Shown here one piece after another: positions 1-10,820 of a DNA stretch of 42,579 bases (positions are counted from its first letter, which is position 1; each line of letters begins with the position of its first letter). The position numbers and the translations under genes were made by a program. Source of the DNA: Prorocentrum cordatum (Eukaryota); NCBI GenBank assembly GCA_963575745.1, contig CAUYUJ010000292.1, positions 620,001-662,579 of the forward strand, read 5' to 3'. The notes beneath the pieces are model-generated. The model made no database searches. It was given only the letters and a program-made list of their open reading frames with translations, and was not told where the DNA came from.

Positions 1-829
1 GGAGGAGGAGGAGGAGGGGGAGGGGGAGGGGGAGGACCGCCCTCACCTCCCCCTTGTCGGAACCGCCTGCGTGCACCACGCCCGCTCCCCTTCCGAGGCT
101 TCCCGGGCGCCCCGTCGCCACGCCCGCAGGCGGCCCCCCAGCGCCTGCGGGAGCCGAGCAGCCTGCGCTCCGGACCGCCCAAAGACAGGGCACGAGAGGG
201 CCGTTCTGACTCGAAGAGGAGGCCCCCCAGAGGGAGGGCCCAGACAGCCCCAGTCCCTAACTGCTGTGCCTGTGTGGCGTGTCCGATGCGCGTTCCTCTC
301 CCAAGCTTTCCGCAAAGGTGCCTCCAGGATGCGTAGGAAGGCATTAGAGGAGGCCCCAGGAAGGCCCAACAACTCCCCAAGACGGCGGACCCCAGAACGG
401 CTCCAAGAGAGCCCAAGAGCGCCTCCCGGAGGGCCCGAGCAAAAGAGCGTGCAGCACCGTCGCCACCTTCTCTCCGGCCCTCCCTCTCGCACCTCCTCCG
501 TTTCCGTTCGTCGTCGTCTTTCTCCTCCTCGTCCTCCTCGTCTTACGCATACTCCTCCTCCTCCCCCCCCTACGCTGTGACATGTTACGGTCTTCCCGTC
601 GCTGGACTACCAGGCCGTTGCAAGTCACGACGATCTGGGCCCCAAGGACGGCAACAATCGCATGACGTGGCTTTCCCGAGCCAGGGGAAGGACGCGTCAC
701 GTAATACGGGACTCGAACACCCGAGGAGGAAACCCATCACTTCTGATATCCATGTGGGCGGAATCGCAGGTGTGACCACACGGAGTGCCGCGCTGGCACG
801 GTGGCGGAACTTGCCACAGGCAACTGGAC

Positions 830-903
830 ACGAAGCCGAACCCTCGCGAGCGGCTCGTGCTGGGGTCGATCATCACCACCGCGTCTGAGACGACGCCGTA
901 GGC
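830..903 (-). CDS. RRM protein exon (RRM2: AYGVVSDAVVMIDPSTSRSRGFGFV); 3' boundary approximate, gene continues downstream
   Basis: Contains the RNP1 motif RGFGFV. The acceptor CCGAG|GCC at 903 joins in phase 0 to the exon ending at 1924. The donor (GT at 831 or 829) is uncertain. Confidence 0.9.
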
Positions 904-1764
904 CTCGGAATGCGGTTACATGTTCCTCCTGCTCCTGGTGCTCTTCCTCCGACTCCTCCGCATCCCCCCTCCTTCGCCTGCTCCTTTCCCCCCCACACAC
1001 ACACCTCTTCCCCCCCCCCATCCTCCTCCTGGAGCCCCTGTCCGTTCTTCTAGCTCCTCGCTCCGCGGGTCCTGCTGCGCGCTTCCAACTCATCCTCCCA
1101 TGCCCCGCGCTCCTCCTGCTCTCGTGCCCTCCGTCTCCTCCTCGTCCCGCTTGTCCTCCTATGGCAAGTGGGTTGTTCGTCCGCCTTCTCCTCCTCTTCT
1201 CGCTGCTGCGGCTACTGCTCGTCCACACACCTCAAGCACACTACCTCAGTGGAGACAAAGAACATACAAGCATAAAGAAGTGCACGTATATTAGAACCCA
1301 ATATGCAACATCCAAACGATCCTGATTCGACACGCCTGCTCCTCCTTCTCTTACTCCTCCTCGTCCTCCTCCTCCTCCTTCTCCTGCTTGCCTCCTCTAT
1401 TTGTTCTCCTCCCCGTCCATATCCTCCCTTCCACCTTGGTCTATTCCTGCTCCTCCCTCCTTCCTGCCTCAGTTTGCTCCTCTTCTCCCAGGCCGTCCTC
1501 GTCCCTCACTCGCTTCCTTTCTGCTCCTCCTCATCTCCTCCCTCTCTCTCAGGGGAAACAATGAGGAACCGATGATGCTACTTCGCTGACGTCTTCCAAG
1601 GTGCGTTCTGACTAGAATTTCGAGGAAAATCTAGCCGTGGGGACGAGGACCTCCCAGACAGGCAGAAATGAGGGGAGGGGAGAGGAGCGGTATCAGGACT
1701 ATTTCCTCCTCTGACTCTCCTCCTTTTCAACCTCCCTCCCTCCCTCGTTCCCCCCTGCCCCCAC

Positions 1765-1870
1765 CCTCCTCCTCCTCCTCCTCCTCCTCCTCCTCCTCCT
1801 CCTCCTCGTCCTGCTCGTCCTGCTCGTCCTCCTCCTCCTCCTCCTCCTCCTCCTCCTCCTCCTCCTCCTC
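1765..1870. repeat. (CCT)n tract
   Basis: Read directly from the sequence. Confidence 0.95.
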
Positions 1871-1923
1871 CCTCTCCCACCCCTCCTCCTCCCCCGAACG
1901 CCCAGGACGACGCGCAATGCTGC

Positions 1924-1994
1924 CTCGAAGTGCTCCCGGAGCTCCGCTGCGGTGGCGTTCTGCGGCAGCCCCCCCACGAAGAGCTTGTTCGTGC
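1924..1994 (-). CDS. RRM protein exon (RRM2 start: (G)TNKLFVGGLPQNATAAELREHFE)
   Basis: Contains the RNP2 motif LFVGGL. Acceptor CCCAG|GC (phase 1), donor GAG|GC. Both phases match the neighbouring exons. Confidence 0.93.
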
Positions 1995-2167
1995 CTGGGA
2001 AAAGCCCACTTCGGGAGGGAGTCAGGGGTCTCGTAAACAATGAAAGAAGTCCACTCGGATTTCCCGGACCGGCATTCCCCAAAAAGCTCCAAGAGCATCC
2101 CCAAGACAACCCCCAGAGGGTCAAACAATTGCTCCTTTCAGCTCAACAAAAAGTTGTCGAATGTTTT

Positions 2168-2168
<1 letters not shown>

Positions 2169-2198
<30 letters not shown>

Positions 2199-2224
2199 TG
2201 TCGTTGTCGTTGTCGTTGTCATTG

Positions 2225-2256
<32 letters not shown>

Positions 2257-2277
2257 GTCGTCGTCGTCGTCGTCGTC
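2169..2277. repeat. (GTC)n/(GTT) tract
   Basis: Read directly from the sequence. Confidence 0.95.
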
Positions 2278-2617
2278 CCCCTTCAGGGTCGGTGGCGCCG
2301 GCCGGAAGGCCTTCGCCATACAGGAGGTCCGCGCGGATTTCCTGCATCTGCTCTGGAACTCCCTGGCCTAGGCGTCGCTTGATGGGGGGAGATAAACGGG
2401 AGGGGATGAAGAATGTGCATGTTTTGGGCCCTAGAGGACACCTTTCGGATTCTCAACGGCTCCTCTAGGGGCCCTAAACTAGGACATAAACTTTTGGCGC
2501 TTCGCGCGGATTTCTTGGATCTGCGCTGGACCGGCGCCGCCAGGGAGCCCCAGCGCGGACCCAACAGATCCGCGCGGAGCACCACAAATGTAGGTTTATG
2601 GCGCTCTCCCTTCTTCA

Positions 2618-2788
2618 TCGGCGGTGGACAAACCTTCCCTTAGTAGACCTCCCCTTAGCGAAAACGGCCTGGGACCGAAACCGACGGACCTGGACCCGCA
2701 AACATGACGGCCGCGACGCCCTCTCGCGAAGCGAAAACGGCCGATTTCTTAATCGACGTGTCAGGGTAGGAGGTCTGTCCACCCGCGA
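2618..2788. mobile_element. 171-bp MITE family A, copy 1
   Basis: TIR TCGGCGGTGGACAAACCT / AGGTCTGTCCACCCGCGA. There are three equal-length copies in the window. Confidence 0.85.
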
Positions 2789-3047
2789 TAAACGGCCCCT
2801 TCTCTGAAGCCCTCGCTGCCCCCGATTCATCGCCCCCCTGCGACGCGGTGCCCAACTGGCGGCGCCTTTGGCGCCGCCAGGGCGTCAGCGCCGTCGGCCC
2901 CGACCACAGGGTGGGCTCTTCGTCCCAGATCGTCCGTCGACGGTCCTTGGGCCCGAGACTGACCTCCACGGGCAGGAGGAAGCGACAGGACAATACTGTT
3001 GCCGGTTCCGGTGTGCCGTTTCTGCTGCCAATTCTGGCGCCGTTTTG

Positions 3048-3067
3048 GTTGTTGTTGTTGTTGTTGC

Positions 3068-3110
<43 letters not shown>

Positions 3111-3111
3111 G
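3048..3111. repeat. (TTG)n tract
   Basis: Read directly from the sequence. Confidence 0.95.
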
Positions 3112-3532
3112 CCGGTTCCATCGCTGTTTTTTGTTGCCAATCCCGGTTCCAATTTCAACTACGGAGCCGTCACCAGTTGCCGTTTTTCTTCGCCGCTTCC
3201 TTCTGCAAGGGACGCTTTTCCAAACGGCCCTACCGTTCCGGGGCCCACTCGGGGCAGCCGGCCGTGGAGGAAAAACAAAAAAAAAAAAAACTGCGGAGCC
3301 GGGCAGTTTTGGAGGTCGGCGCGGGTGCTCCCCGGCTCGGTGGCGGACCCCCTCGGGCGGCGCCTTCGACGCCGCCCTTGGCGCGCTCCGCGCGCACACG
3401 TGAGGGGGGAGGGGTCCAGTACGCCAGGCCTCCTACTTACCGTCGCTCGGACGTCCATTTCCCGTGCATTTGTCGCTTTCGTGCGTGTTTTTGTTCGCTC
3501 GATGGTCTTCGCCGAAGGAAACACGCCTAATT

Positions 3533-3723
3533 GGGGTCCGAGAGGATGGGGTCGGAGGATCGCGCTGCATCGCCGATGCATCGCCGATGCGGCTCGATGT
3601 GGGGCCCCGTTTTCTCCGCGCTGGCGTCGCCGAAGCTCCGCCGACGTCGCCGACGCCTCGCCGATGTATCGGCGATGCATCGCCGGTGCGGCGTGATCCT
3701 CAGACCCCATCTCATCGGACCCC
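3533..3723. mobile_element. 191-bp palindromic MITE family C, copy 1
   Basis: Long imperfect TIRs GGGGTCCGA..GATGGGGTC.GAGGATC / GATCCTCAGACCCCATC..TCGGACCCC, with internal GCATCGCCGAT units. Confidence 0.8.
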
Positions 3724-4248
3724 ATCTCTGGGAGACCTCTCGAAGTGCCCTCCCACGAATACGCGCGGACCTCCCAGAGTTCGTGCTTCTGCGATATTCC
3801 ACCGCCCGACCTACAGAAGCTGGCGGCGCGCACCAGAAGGGGGTACGGGGAGGGGGGAAGGCTTCTTCGAAGGAGACTCCTTCTTGGAAGGCGCGGGCCC
3901 TCAATGGGCCTGTTTTTGTTACGTGTTGCTGGTTTCTTGCCAAATCCGACGCCGTTTTTGTTGCCGGTTCCGTCGCCGTTGTTCCCCCGGTCCTGTTGCC
4001 GTTGTTTCCAATCTCTGAACTGTTTTCGGTTGCCATTTCTGGTCGCCGTTGTTTTGCAGCTCCCATGTTCAAGAGACACTTTTTCCGGAAACGGTGAAAA
4101 CACGGCCGAGCCGCTTCCAGGGCTCACTAAGCGCGGCGCCTCATCAGAAGCAACCTCCTTCCAAGAAGCCTTCCCCCCTCTCCCTGTACCCCTTTGCGCA
4201 CCGTCAGAAAATGGTGGGTGGGTGGTGCGAGTCCGTTCGCGCATAGCT

Positions 4249-4413
4249 TTAGGTCGGACCTGTCCCCCTGCAGGCGGATTCTGGACGAAAAACCAATGAT
4301 ACCCCCAAAAAACTCCAAACAAAAATCCAAAATGATCAAAAAGTCGTCCCCCTATTATTTTTGGACGATTTGTGGATAATTATTCCTCCTGTGGAAGGAC
4401 CGGCCCGACTCAA
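4249..4413. mobile_element. MITE family F copy
   Basis: Starts TTAGGTCGGACCTGTCC and ends GGCCCGACTCAA, with an AT-rich core. Confidence 0.72.
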
Positions 4414-5122
4414 GTTAAAACGACGCGAAGATCGGGACAAAATCGGATCGGGATAACTCGAAATCTCTGAGAGTCGGCGGGCTTCGAGGATGTATTGGGC
4501 GCTGCGGCCGCTCCAGAGCGTTCCGGAACGCTCTGAGAGCGCTCCGGAACGCTCTGGAGCGATTTACCCCGATCCTAGCCCTGTTTTACAACTATAGCTG
4601 GCTGGTGCTCCTGGCGCCCAGGCCGCCCGTGCATCGAGGACGGCGCACGGCGGCGGGGCCTGAAGGCTGGCTGCGCGCGGCCGGCGCGCCGGGGCTCCCC
4701 CGCGGCCACGGAGGCTCGCAGGGAGCTCTCGCGCGAGCTCCCGCCGGAGTCGGCGTGGACGCGTCCCCCTTCCGGGGTTCGCTCGGAGTCCATCTCTGGA
4801 AGCAGACCGAGTCCGGGCATCTAGATACTAGAGGCTAGCGCTTCTGATGATTTCCTTTCGATGGTTGAGCCAAACAGCTCTATAGCTCATCTGCAGGCAG
4901 CTCGAGTTATCTCAAGAAAACATCATAATATTTAAAAACATTAGCGTGATGCTGCACTGCTGCGCAGTGGGAGAGATCCGTGCAGGCATCCGTACCGGTT
5001 AGTGTTTTTATGCCCTATGGCTCGCGCCGCGGAATCCATGCGCAAATCCACGCCCGGGATGGAAACATCCATACAGAACTAATCCACTCAGAATCCATAC
5101 TGCATCATCCCGGTCATATCCA

Positions 5123-5333
5123 GTCCTATTGGTTTAGGTTGCCCCCATCGTATTTGAGGACCAAAACCCAAAGTAATTTCGAGCTCCCAGAAAAGTGTCG
5201 AAACAGTGTCGAACGAGTATTGCCTCCCAGAGCCCGACACGTGAAAACTCTCCAGTTTCAGTACTTTCTTTGTGCTCGAAATGATTTCTGGTGGTCAAAG
5301 CTACAGTAGGTTGGAACATCATAACAATAGGAC
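5123..5333. mobile_element. MITE-like family G (second copy at about 27826-28022)
   Basis: TIR GTCCTATTG / CAATAGGAC. Shares blocks such as GTGTCGAACGAGT..GCCTCCCAG and AGTAGGT.GGAACATCATA with the 27.8-28.0 kb copy. Confidence 0.7.
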
Positions 5334-5739
5334 CTAGCCCCGCTCGACTCCCCCCCCTCCCGTCGAGGCCCGCCTGGACTGCCCCTGGAGGCTGCAGCCA
5401 CCCCCACTGCCCCCCGGCGCCGCTTCGCAACCCGAAGGTCCGTTACTGGGCCCAGGGGACCTCAGAGACGGATCCTCGGGGCTTCCTAAAACGGGGGTTT
5501 AGCTCAACGGGGGCTTAGGCTTTTTCAGACCTCAACGGCGTTCCCCGTGCCTCCGTCTGCTGTGCCCCCGTCTCTGGCGCCCTGAGATCCGCGACGAAAA
5601 AACACGCCGGGGGACGAGGCCGGGACATCTGGGGGCCGCGGGCTGTCAAAGTAATCTCTGTGGATGTATGGGTGCCTTCCAGCATGGTTTGTTCAAGCGC
5701 CCCGGATCCAACCCGCGCCGAATTCACTCCCAACGGTGC

Positions 5740-5812
5740 CTGGAACGGCACGCTTCACGTCCACTGGACGCCCGCCGACGACGTGCTGCGTGCGCAGCGC
5801 CGCCATGGTTGC
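5740..5812 (-). CDS. RRM protein exon (end of RRM1: ATMAALRTQHVVGGRPVDVKRAVP)
   Basis: Typical RRM C-terminal H..GGR.VDVKRAVP. The donor CCAG|GC (phase 1) joins to 1994. The acceptor is non-AG (see findings). Confidence 0.9.
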
Positions 5813-6225
5813 CGATGGAGGGGAGGAGCAGGAGGAGCAGGAGAAGAAAGAGACGGCAGATGAGCAGGGAGCTAGGAAGCGAGGAGGAGCAGGAGGAGGA
5901 GGAGGAGCAGGAGGAGCAGTTGGAGCAGCAAGAGAGAGATGACGAAGAGACGAGAAGCAAGACGAGGATGGATTAAGGGAAGCAGGAGGCAGCCAGCGGC
6001 AGCGTGATATCCGCAGACATGCGATGCCTGGATTTTCTCTAGGCTGGGTCTCCGAAGCCCCGACCCCATCCTCAAGAAAGCCCGTCTTGCATCCCGAACC
6101 GCTTGTTGAACCTCCGCGGGGCCACCCGACGGGGGCCGAAAGCGGGAAAAAGCAATGCTTGCCCTGAGTTGTTTCACGAAGCGAGCATGTCTGGCCATTT
6201 TCTTGCGCGATAACAGGGGGAAGGG

Positions 6226-6780
6226 GGGAGGAGGAGGAGGAGGAGGAGGAGGAGGAGGAGGAGGAGGAGGAGGAGGAGGAGGAGGAGGAGGAGGAGGGGA
6301 GGAGGAGGAGGGAGAGGGGGGGAGGGGGGGGGGAGGGGGAGGGGGAGGGGGAGGGGAGGGGGGGAGGAGGAGGAGGAGGAGGAGGAGGAGGAGGAGGAGG
6401 AGAGAGGAGGAGGAGGAGGAGGAGGAGGGAGGAGGAGATGGAGGAGGAGGAGGAGGAGGAGGAGGAGGAGGAGGAGGAGGAGGGAGGAGGAGGGGGGGAG
6501 GAGGAGAAGGAGGAGGAGCATGAGGAGGAAGAGGAGGAGGAGGAGAGGGGAGGAGGAGGAGGAGGAGGAGGGAGGAGGAGGAGGAGGAGGAGGGGGGAGG
6601 GGAGGAGGAGGACGAGGAGGCGGAGAGAGGAGGAGGAGGAGGAGGAGGAGGAGGTGGATGAGACGGGGGAGGAGAGGAGGAGGAGGAGGGAGGCGGAGGG
6701 AGGAGGAGGAGGAGGCGGAGGAGAAGGACGAGGGAGGAGGAGGAGGAGGAGGAGGAGGAGAGGAGAGGGGAAAAAGGAGG
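6226..6780. repeat. (GGA)n microsatellite tract
   Basis: Read directly from the sequence. Confidence 0.97.
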
Positions 6781-6805
6781 AGTCTCGTGGAGGGCGGGGC
6801 GGCGC

Positions 6806-6916
6806 CGAGGCGTCCGCGTAGGTCACGTACCCGAAGCCCCTGGAGCGGCCGTCTGGCCACTGCAGCACCACGGCGTCCGCCACGGCGCCGAACCGCGAAA
6901 AGTACCCCCTCAGGTC
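6806..6916 (-). CDS. RRM protein exon (RRM1: DLRGYFSRFGAVADAVVLQWPDGRSRGFGYVTYADAS)
   Basis: Contains RNP1 RGFGYV. Acceptor CGCAG|GAC, 111 nt, putative GC donor. Confidence 0.93.
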
Positions 6917-6973
6917 CTGCGGGGGAGAGCCCAGTGCCTAGGCAACGACCCCTGGCCCACGACGGCCCCTGCT

Positions 6974-7105
6974 TCTCCTCCTCCTCCTCCTCCTCCTCCT
7001 CCTCCTCCTCCTCCTCATATTCCTCCTGCTTCTCCTCCTCCTTTTCCTCCTCCTCCTCCTCCTTTTCCTCCTCCTCCTCCTCCTCCTCCTCCTCCTTCTC
7101 CTCCT
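6974..7105. repeat. (CCT)n tract
   Basis: Read directly from the sequence. Confidence 0.95.
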
Positions 7106-8586
7106 TGTCCTCCCTGTCCTCCCTCCTACGCGAGGAGTGCCCTCTCATGTCCTTCAGGGGGAGCCCGGTGCCCACTAGTTAGGGCTCGAATACCTCAATA
7201 CCTCGGGGCCGGATGCTTCAATCAATCGTCACCTGGGCACCCGAGACTATTGAGGGCCCACCCCAAGATCGTTCATTGGTCACCCTGGAACCCTTGAGGT
7301 ACTCAGAAGTATTTTTGAGATGCCCAGGCAATGCCCCCTGAGAGCCTGGCGTGGCAATGTTTGCACATCGGGCGTTTTTGCCAGGTTTCGGGCCACCCGG
7401 GACCCTCGCAGATCGATCCGGCTCGGCAAATTATGCAGAACAAGGGACGTCCGGGGTTCCGGTGGCGATTTTCTACGATGTTAGAAGTTTTTCGCAACGT
7501 CGGATCTCAGGGCCAGTCCGATGACCAGGCATCACTAGGACGATGCCTAGGCACATGCTGCGTCCAGCTGCGGCCCGCGACGTCCGTGGGCGCAGCCCTC
7601 GAAGCATGCGTGGGCATATCCGTGCGGACGCCTAGGCATCAGCAGTGCCATGCCTAGGGCCACGCCCAGGCATCCTGCGCGCGATGCTATGATGATACGA
7701 GGCTGGCACCCCGATCCCCGATCAGTCGTTTCCCTTCCGTTTTGCCATGGCTTCCACACACTCCTTCTACAGTGTGGGGGGGGGTCAGGGTAGTGCTTGG
7801 GAGGAGAGCGAGCGGACCGACCCGAAGGAAGAGAGCAAAAGCAGCGAACGGCTTCTCGCTGGCTCTCCCATGGCTCGCAGCGGCGCCTCCCGAGACGGCG
7901 GGCGCCAAAACTGCACGAGCGCCTGCGCTGCAGGCCTGCGTGCCGCCACGCTGGGCCCCGGCGAGGGAGAAGCAGGCCAACGACGACGAACGCGCAAGCG
8001 GGAGGCCTGGCCCCGGCGGGCATGGACAGGGGCTGGGCGAAGGCGGCAGGTTGCCTGGGTGCTGCCTGCCTGATCTGCTCCGCAAAGAGCACGAGTTCGG
8101 AGCCGACGAACATCGAGACCCTCCTCGCCTGAGGCCTTGGGGGGGAAGAAGAGGATGAGCAAGAAAGAGGAGGAAGGGGGAGCAGCTGCAAGCCGGCGGG
8201 CCTGGTAAGGGGCAGGGAAAGGGCCACGCGCCAGGAGGCCACGGACACTACGGCGGCGGCCCGACCAGGCGGCGCAGGTGGAGGAAGTACTGGAAGGGAT
8301 GGTGGTTGCCGGGCTCGTCGTGCTGGGCGTGGGGCTGGGCGTGGAGCGAGGCGAAAGGGCTGGGCGTGGAACTGGGCGAAGGGGCTGGGCGTGGGGAAAG
8401 GCGTCCAGAAGGGGGGAGTGCCTGACCGAACCCAGCAAGCAGCGGCATGGCGGGGAGCCCCCCGCGGGATCCAGCCACCGCCCCGCCGACAGGAAGGGGC
8501 TGCAGGGGCGCGACGCCCCTGCAGGGGCGCGTGGGGGTGCTGCGCGCTGCTCAGCAAGGGCGACGGGCGTGGGCGGGAGGGAGTTC

Positions 8587-8778
8587 TCCTCCTCCTCCTC
8601 CTCCTCCTCCTCCTCCTCCTGCTCCTCCTCCTCCTCCTCCTCCTCCTCCTCCTCCAGCTCCAGCTCCAGCTCCAGCTCCAGTTCCTCCTCCTCCTTTTCC
8701 TCCTCATCCTCTTCCTCCTCTTCCTCATGCTCCTCCTCCTCCTCCTCCTCCTCCTCCTCCTCCTCCTCCTCCTCCTCC
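8587..8778. repeat. (CCT)n tract with (CTCCAG)n
   Basis: Read directly from the sequence. Confidence 0.95.
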
Positions 8779-8929
8779 ATAAGCATCGCCCAAGGCGCCT
8801 CACACAGCGTCCGCCACGGAGGCCGCCGTGGCCGTGGCCCAGCGGGCTGGGCGGGTGGGCGCCGGCCACCCGCGTGTAAGCGGCCTCCTCCTCCTCTAGC
8901 CTGCTAGGGTCAGCCCCGGTTCTTGGCTT

Positions 8930-10658
8930 GCGGGCCCCTCAGATCCGCCCTGGAAAACGCGTGCCTCTCCTGCGGTGCAGTAGCTGTCTGAACAGCCGAA
9001 GCACATTGTCCAGCTCCGTCCGATGCACCCTGGCATAGGCTTGCCAGACCTCATCTGTGTAGTCTCAGACGGTCGTTAAAAAAGCACCCGCCTCGTAGCT
9101 CCTTTGGTCCATCATCAAGATTGAACTTTGCGGACTGCACCTGTTGATACCACTCTGGCGCAAATCCTGACGGCCACCTCGACCTTGCGCTTACCGCACC
9201 ATTCCATTCCAATTTCGTGATCCTCGACTGCTTCTTCTCTGAGGTCCCAGAGATATATGGTGCTCCAGGTTGACAAGTCCTGTAGAAATTAGCGCCTGAC
9301 TCTGGTTGGGTCAGGCGGGGCTGCAGGCAGTGACCCTAGTGGTGGCCTGTCCATGTCAGAAGGCTCACCCCTACTCGAGTCCTCCAGCACGCTTTGTAAA
9401 AGAGTGGGCCTACGGTCCTTGCGTGCAACCGCAACCCTGGCTGCTGCGATGATCTTCACATATCTTCACGACCCATGCCCCGTCTGGATCAAGATGTGGA
9501 TCGTCCTTGGATCCTGCTTCAACCTGTTCTGCTGGGGGCCCAGCTGGTGTATTGGAGCAGGCTTAGCAGTAGAACGAGCACTGCCGCTGCCGCTGCCTTC
9601 CACAACACCCAGGGAGGATGCCGCTTATTCTGGTCATTCATGTTTGCGGGGGCGCTTTGCTGCCAATCGTTGCCGCACCTCCACTACTTACTGCCGTATA
9701 ACCTGGATGTTACCCGCCGTGGGGCCGATGACGTCGACGATGCTTTGTTGCACTTCCTTCCCAATCTGCACTCTGAGCTTGTCCTACTTTTTCGGTTATG
9801 AGTCTTCCACTTCCAGGCCTGAGAAGTCCACGATGTCGCCAGCAATGTTCTCGACTGCTTCACTGCTATTACGTATCTCCGAGCAGCTGCGACAGGTTGA
9901 TACTCTTGGTGCCTTTGGGCGAGGAGTCTCCCGAGCTTCCTTGCACTCAGCCAACCACTGCGCTGCCTCACCCTCCTGCGCGACATAGCTTTCGAGGTGT
10001 GGGTGCGCCCTGCGGCGCGCAATAGCCTTGGCCGAGTTGACGGTCTCCAGCAACTGTTTTTGCGGCTGCGGGGCGAGGATCTGAACGACAAGGTTCTCCA
10101 GGGCCTTGAGTTCAGTCGCCCCCTGGTCACCCAACCTCCCCCTGAGCTGCTCCGACACGTCCGACATGGGAATGGTTGATGCATTCTGCGCTGGAGCCGC
10201 ACTGGGGGGTGGAGTGGATATCTTGGGTGGAGTGCCCCACCCTGGTACATCACTGCATTGCCTGTTCCCTGCCCGGCGTCTGGGTCGATCTGCCACCGCC
10301 TGCACCTTATCCTTGATTGAGCCCAGACACCTCGGGTTGGCGCATTTATCCAAGGCGTCTCCTGTGGCACCAGGGTTGCATTGCAGCGGCCCTCGTTTTC
10401 CGATTCTACATGTACCTGCACGCTGAGCAAGTGAGAAAATCTTTAGCATTCTTGCCCATGGGCTCCGACAGGCGCTCACACAGCGACGAGAGCGCTCTCA
10501 GCACAGGAATTTACGCTAGCAGAGCCTCCGAGCAGGGCGCAAATGTGAGCATCATGTGAAACAGGCCTCAGAGATTTCTGGCAGGGGCGCGCCTCACCCC
10601 TTACCAGACCCAAATCGCTGAGCCTCATTGCTCAGGACTTGAGCAAAAATGGCTACGG
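8930..10658 (-). mobile_element. Decayed SL-capped retroposed insert, LINE ORF1-like pseudogene; 3' end approximate
   Basis: SL, then about 180 nt, then ATG at 10459: MGKNAKDFLTCSACRYM*NRKTRAAAMQPWCHR (CxxC). A frameshift leads into a Pro-rich then helical/coiled-coil frame ending ...VRQRLAAKRPRK, with several stops. The sequence is complex and less GC-rich than its flanks. Confidence 0.6.
10638..10658 (-). other. Genomic relic of the dinoflagellate spliced leader (DinoSL)
   Basis: The minus strand reads CCGTAGCCATTTTTGCTCAAG versus DinoSL CCGTAGCCATTTTGGCTCAAG (20/21 identical). Confidence 0.93.
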
Positions 10659-10760
10659 GCTCGTTATCCTCCTCTTCCTCCTCCTCCACCTCCTCATCAT
10701 CATCCTCCTTCTCCTTCTCCTCGTTCTCCTTCTCCTCGTTCTCCTCCCTCCCCCCTTCTC

Positions 10761-10820
10761 CTGCGTAGTCGTGGTGCTGGGAAGGCCACCGATGAAGATC
10801 TTCCGGGGGTGGCAGTGGTC
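10761..10820 (-). CDS. RRM protein exon (RRM1 start: DHCHPRKIFIGGLPSTTTTQ)
   Basis: Contains RNP2 IFIGGL. Acceptor GGAG|GAC, donor CAG|GA, 60 nt, phase 0 at both ends. Confidence 0.92.

Noticed and set aside
40..500. Candidate next exons of the RRM gene
   Set aside because: No frame gave a convincing continuation of RRM2, so this is left unassigned.
2281..2371. Plus-strand exon-like stretch RVGGAGRKAFAIQ after (GTC)n
   Set aside because: No partner exons were found; more likely a dispersed repeat end attached to the microsatellite.
7880..8160. Coding-like GC-rich stretch (RRVSMFVGSELVLFAEQIRQ)
   Set aside because: No recognisable domain, and it does not fit the phase or sequence of RRM1, which joins 10761 directly to 6916.
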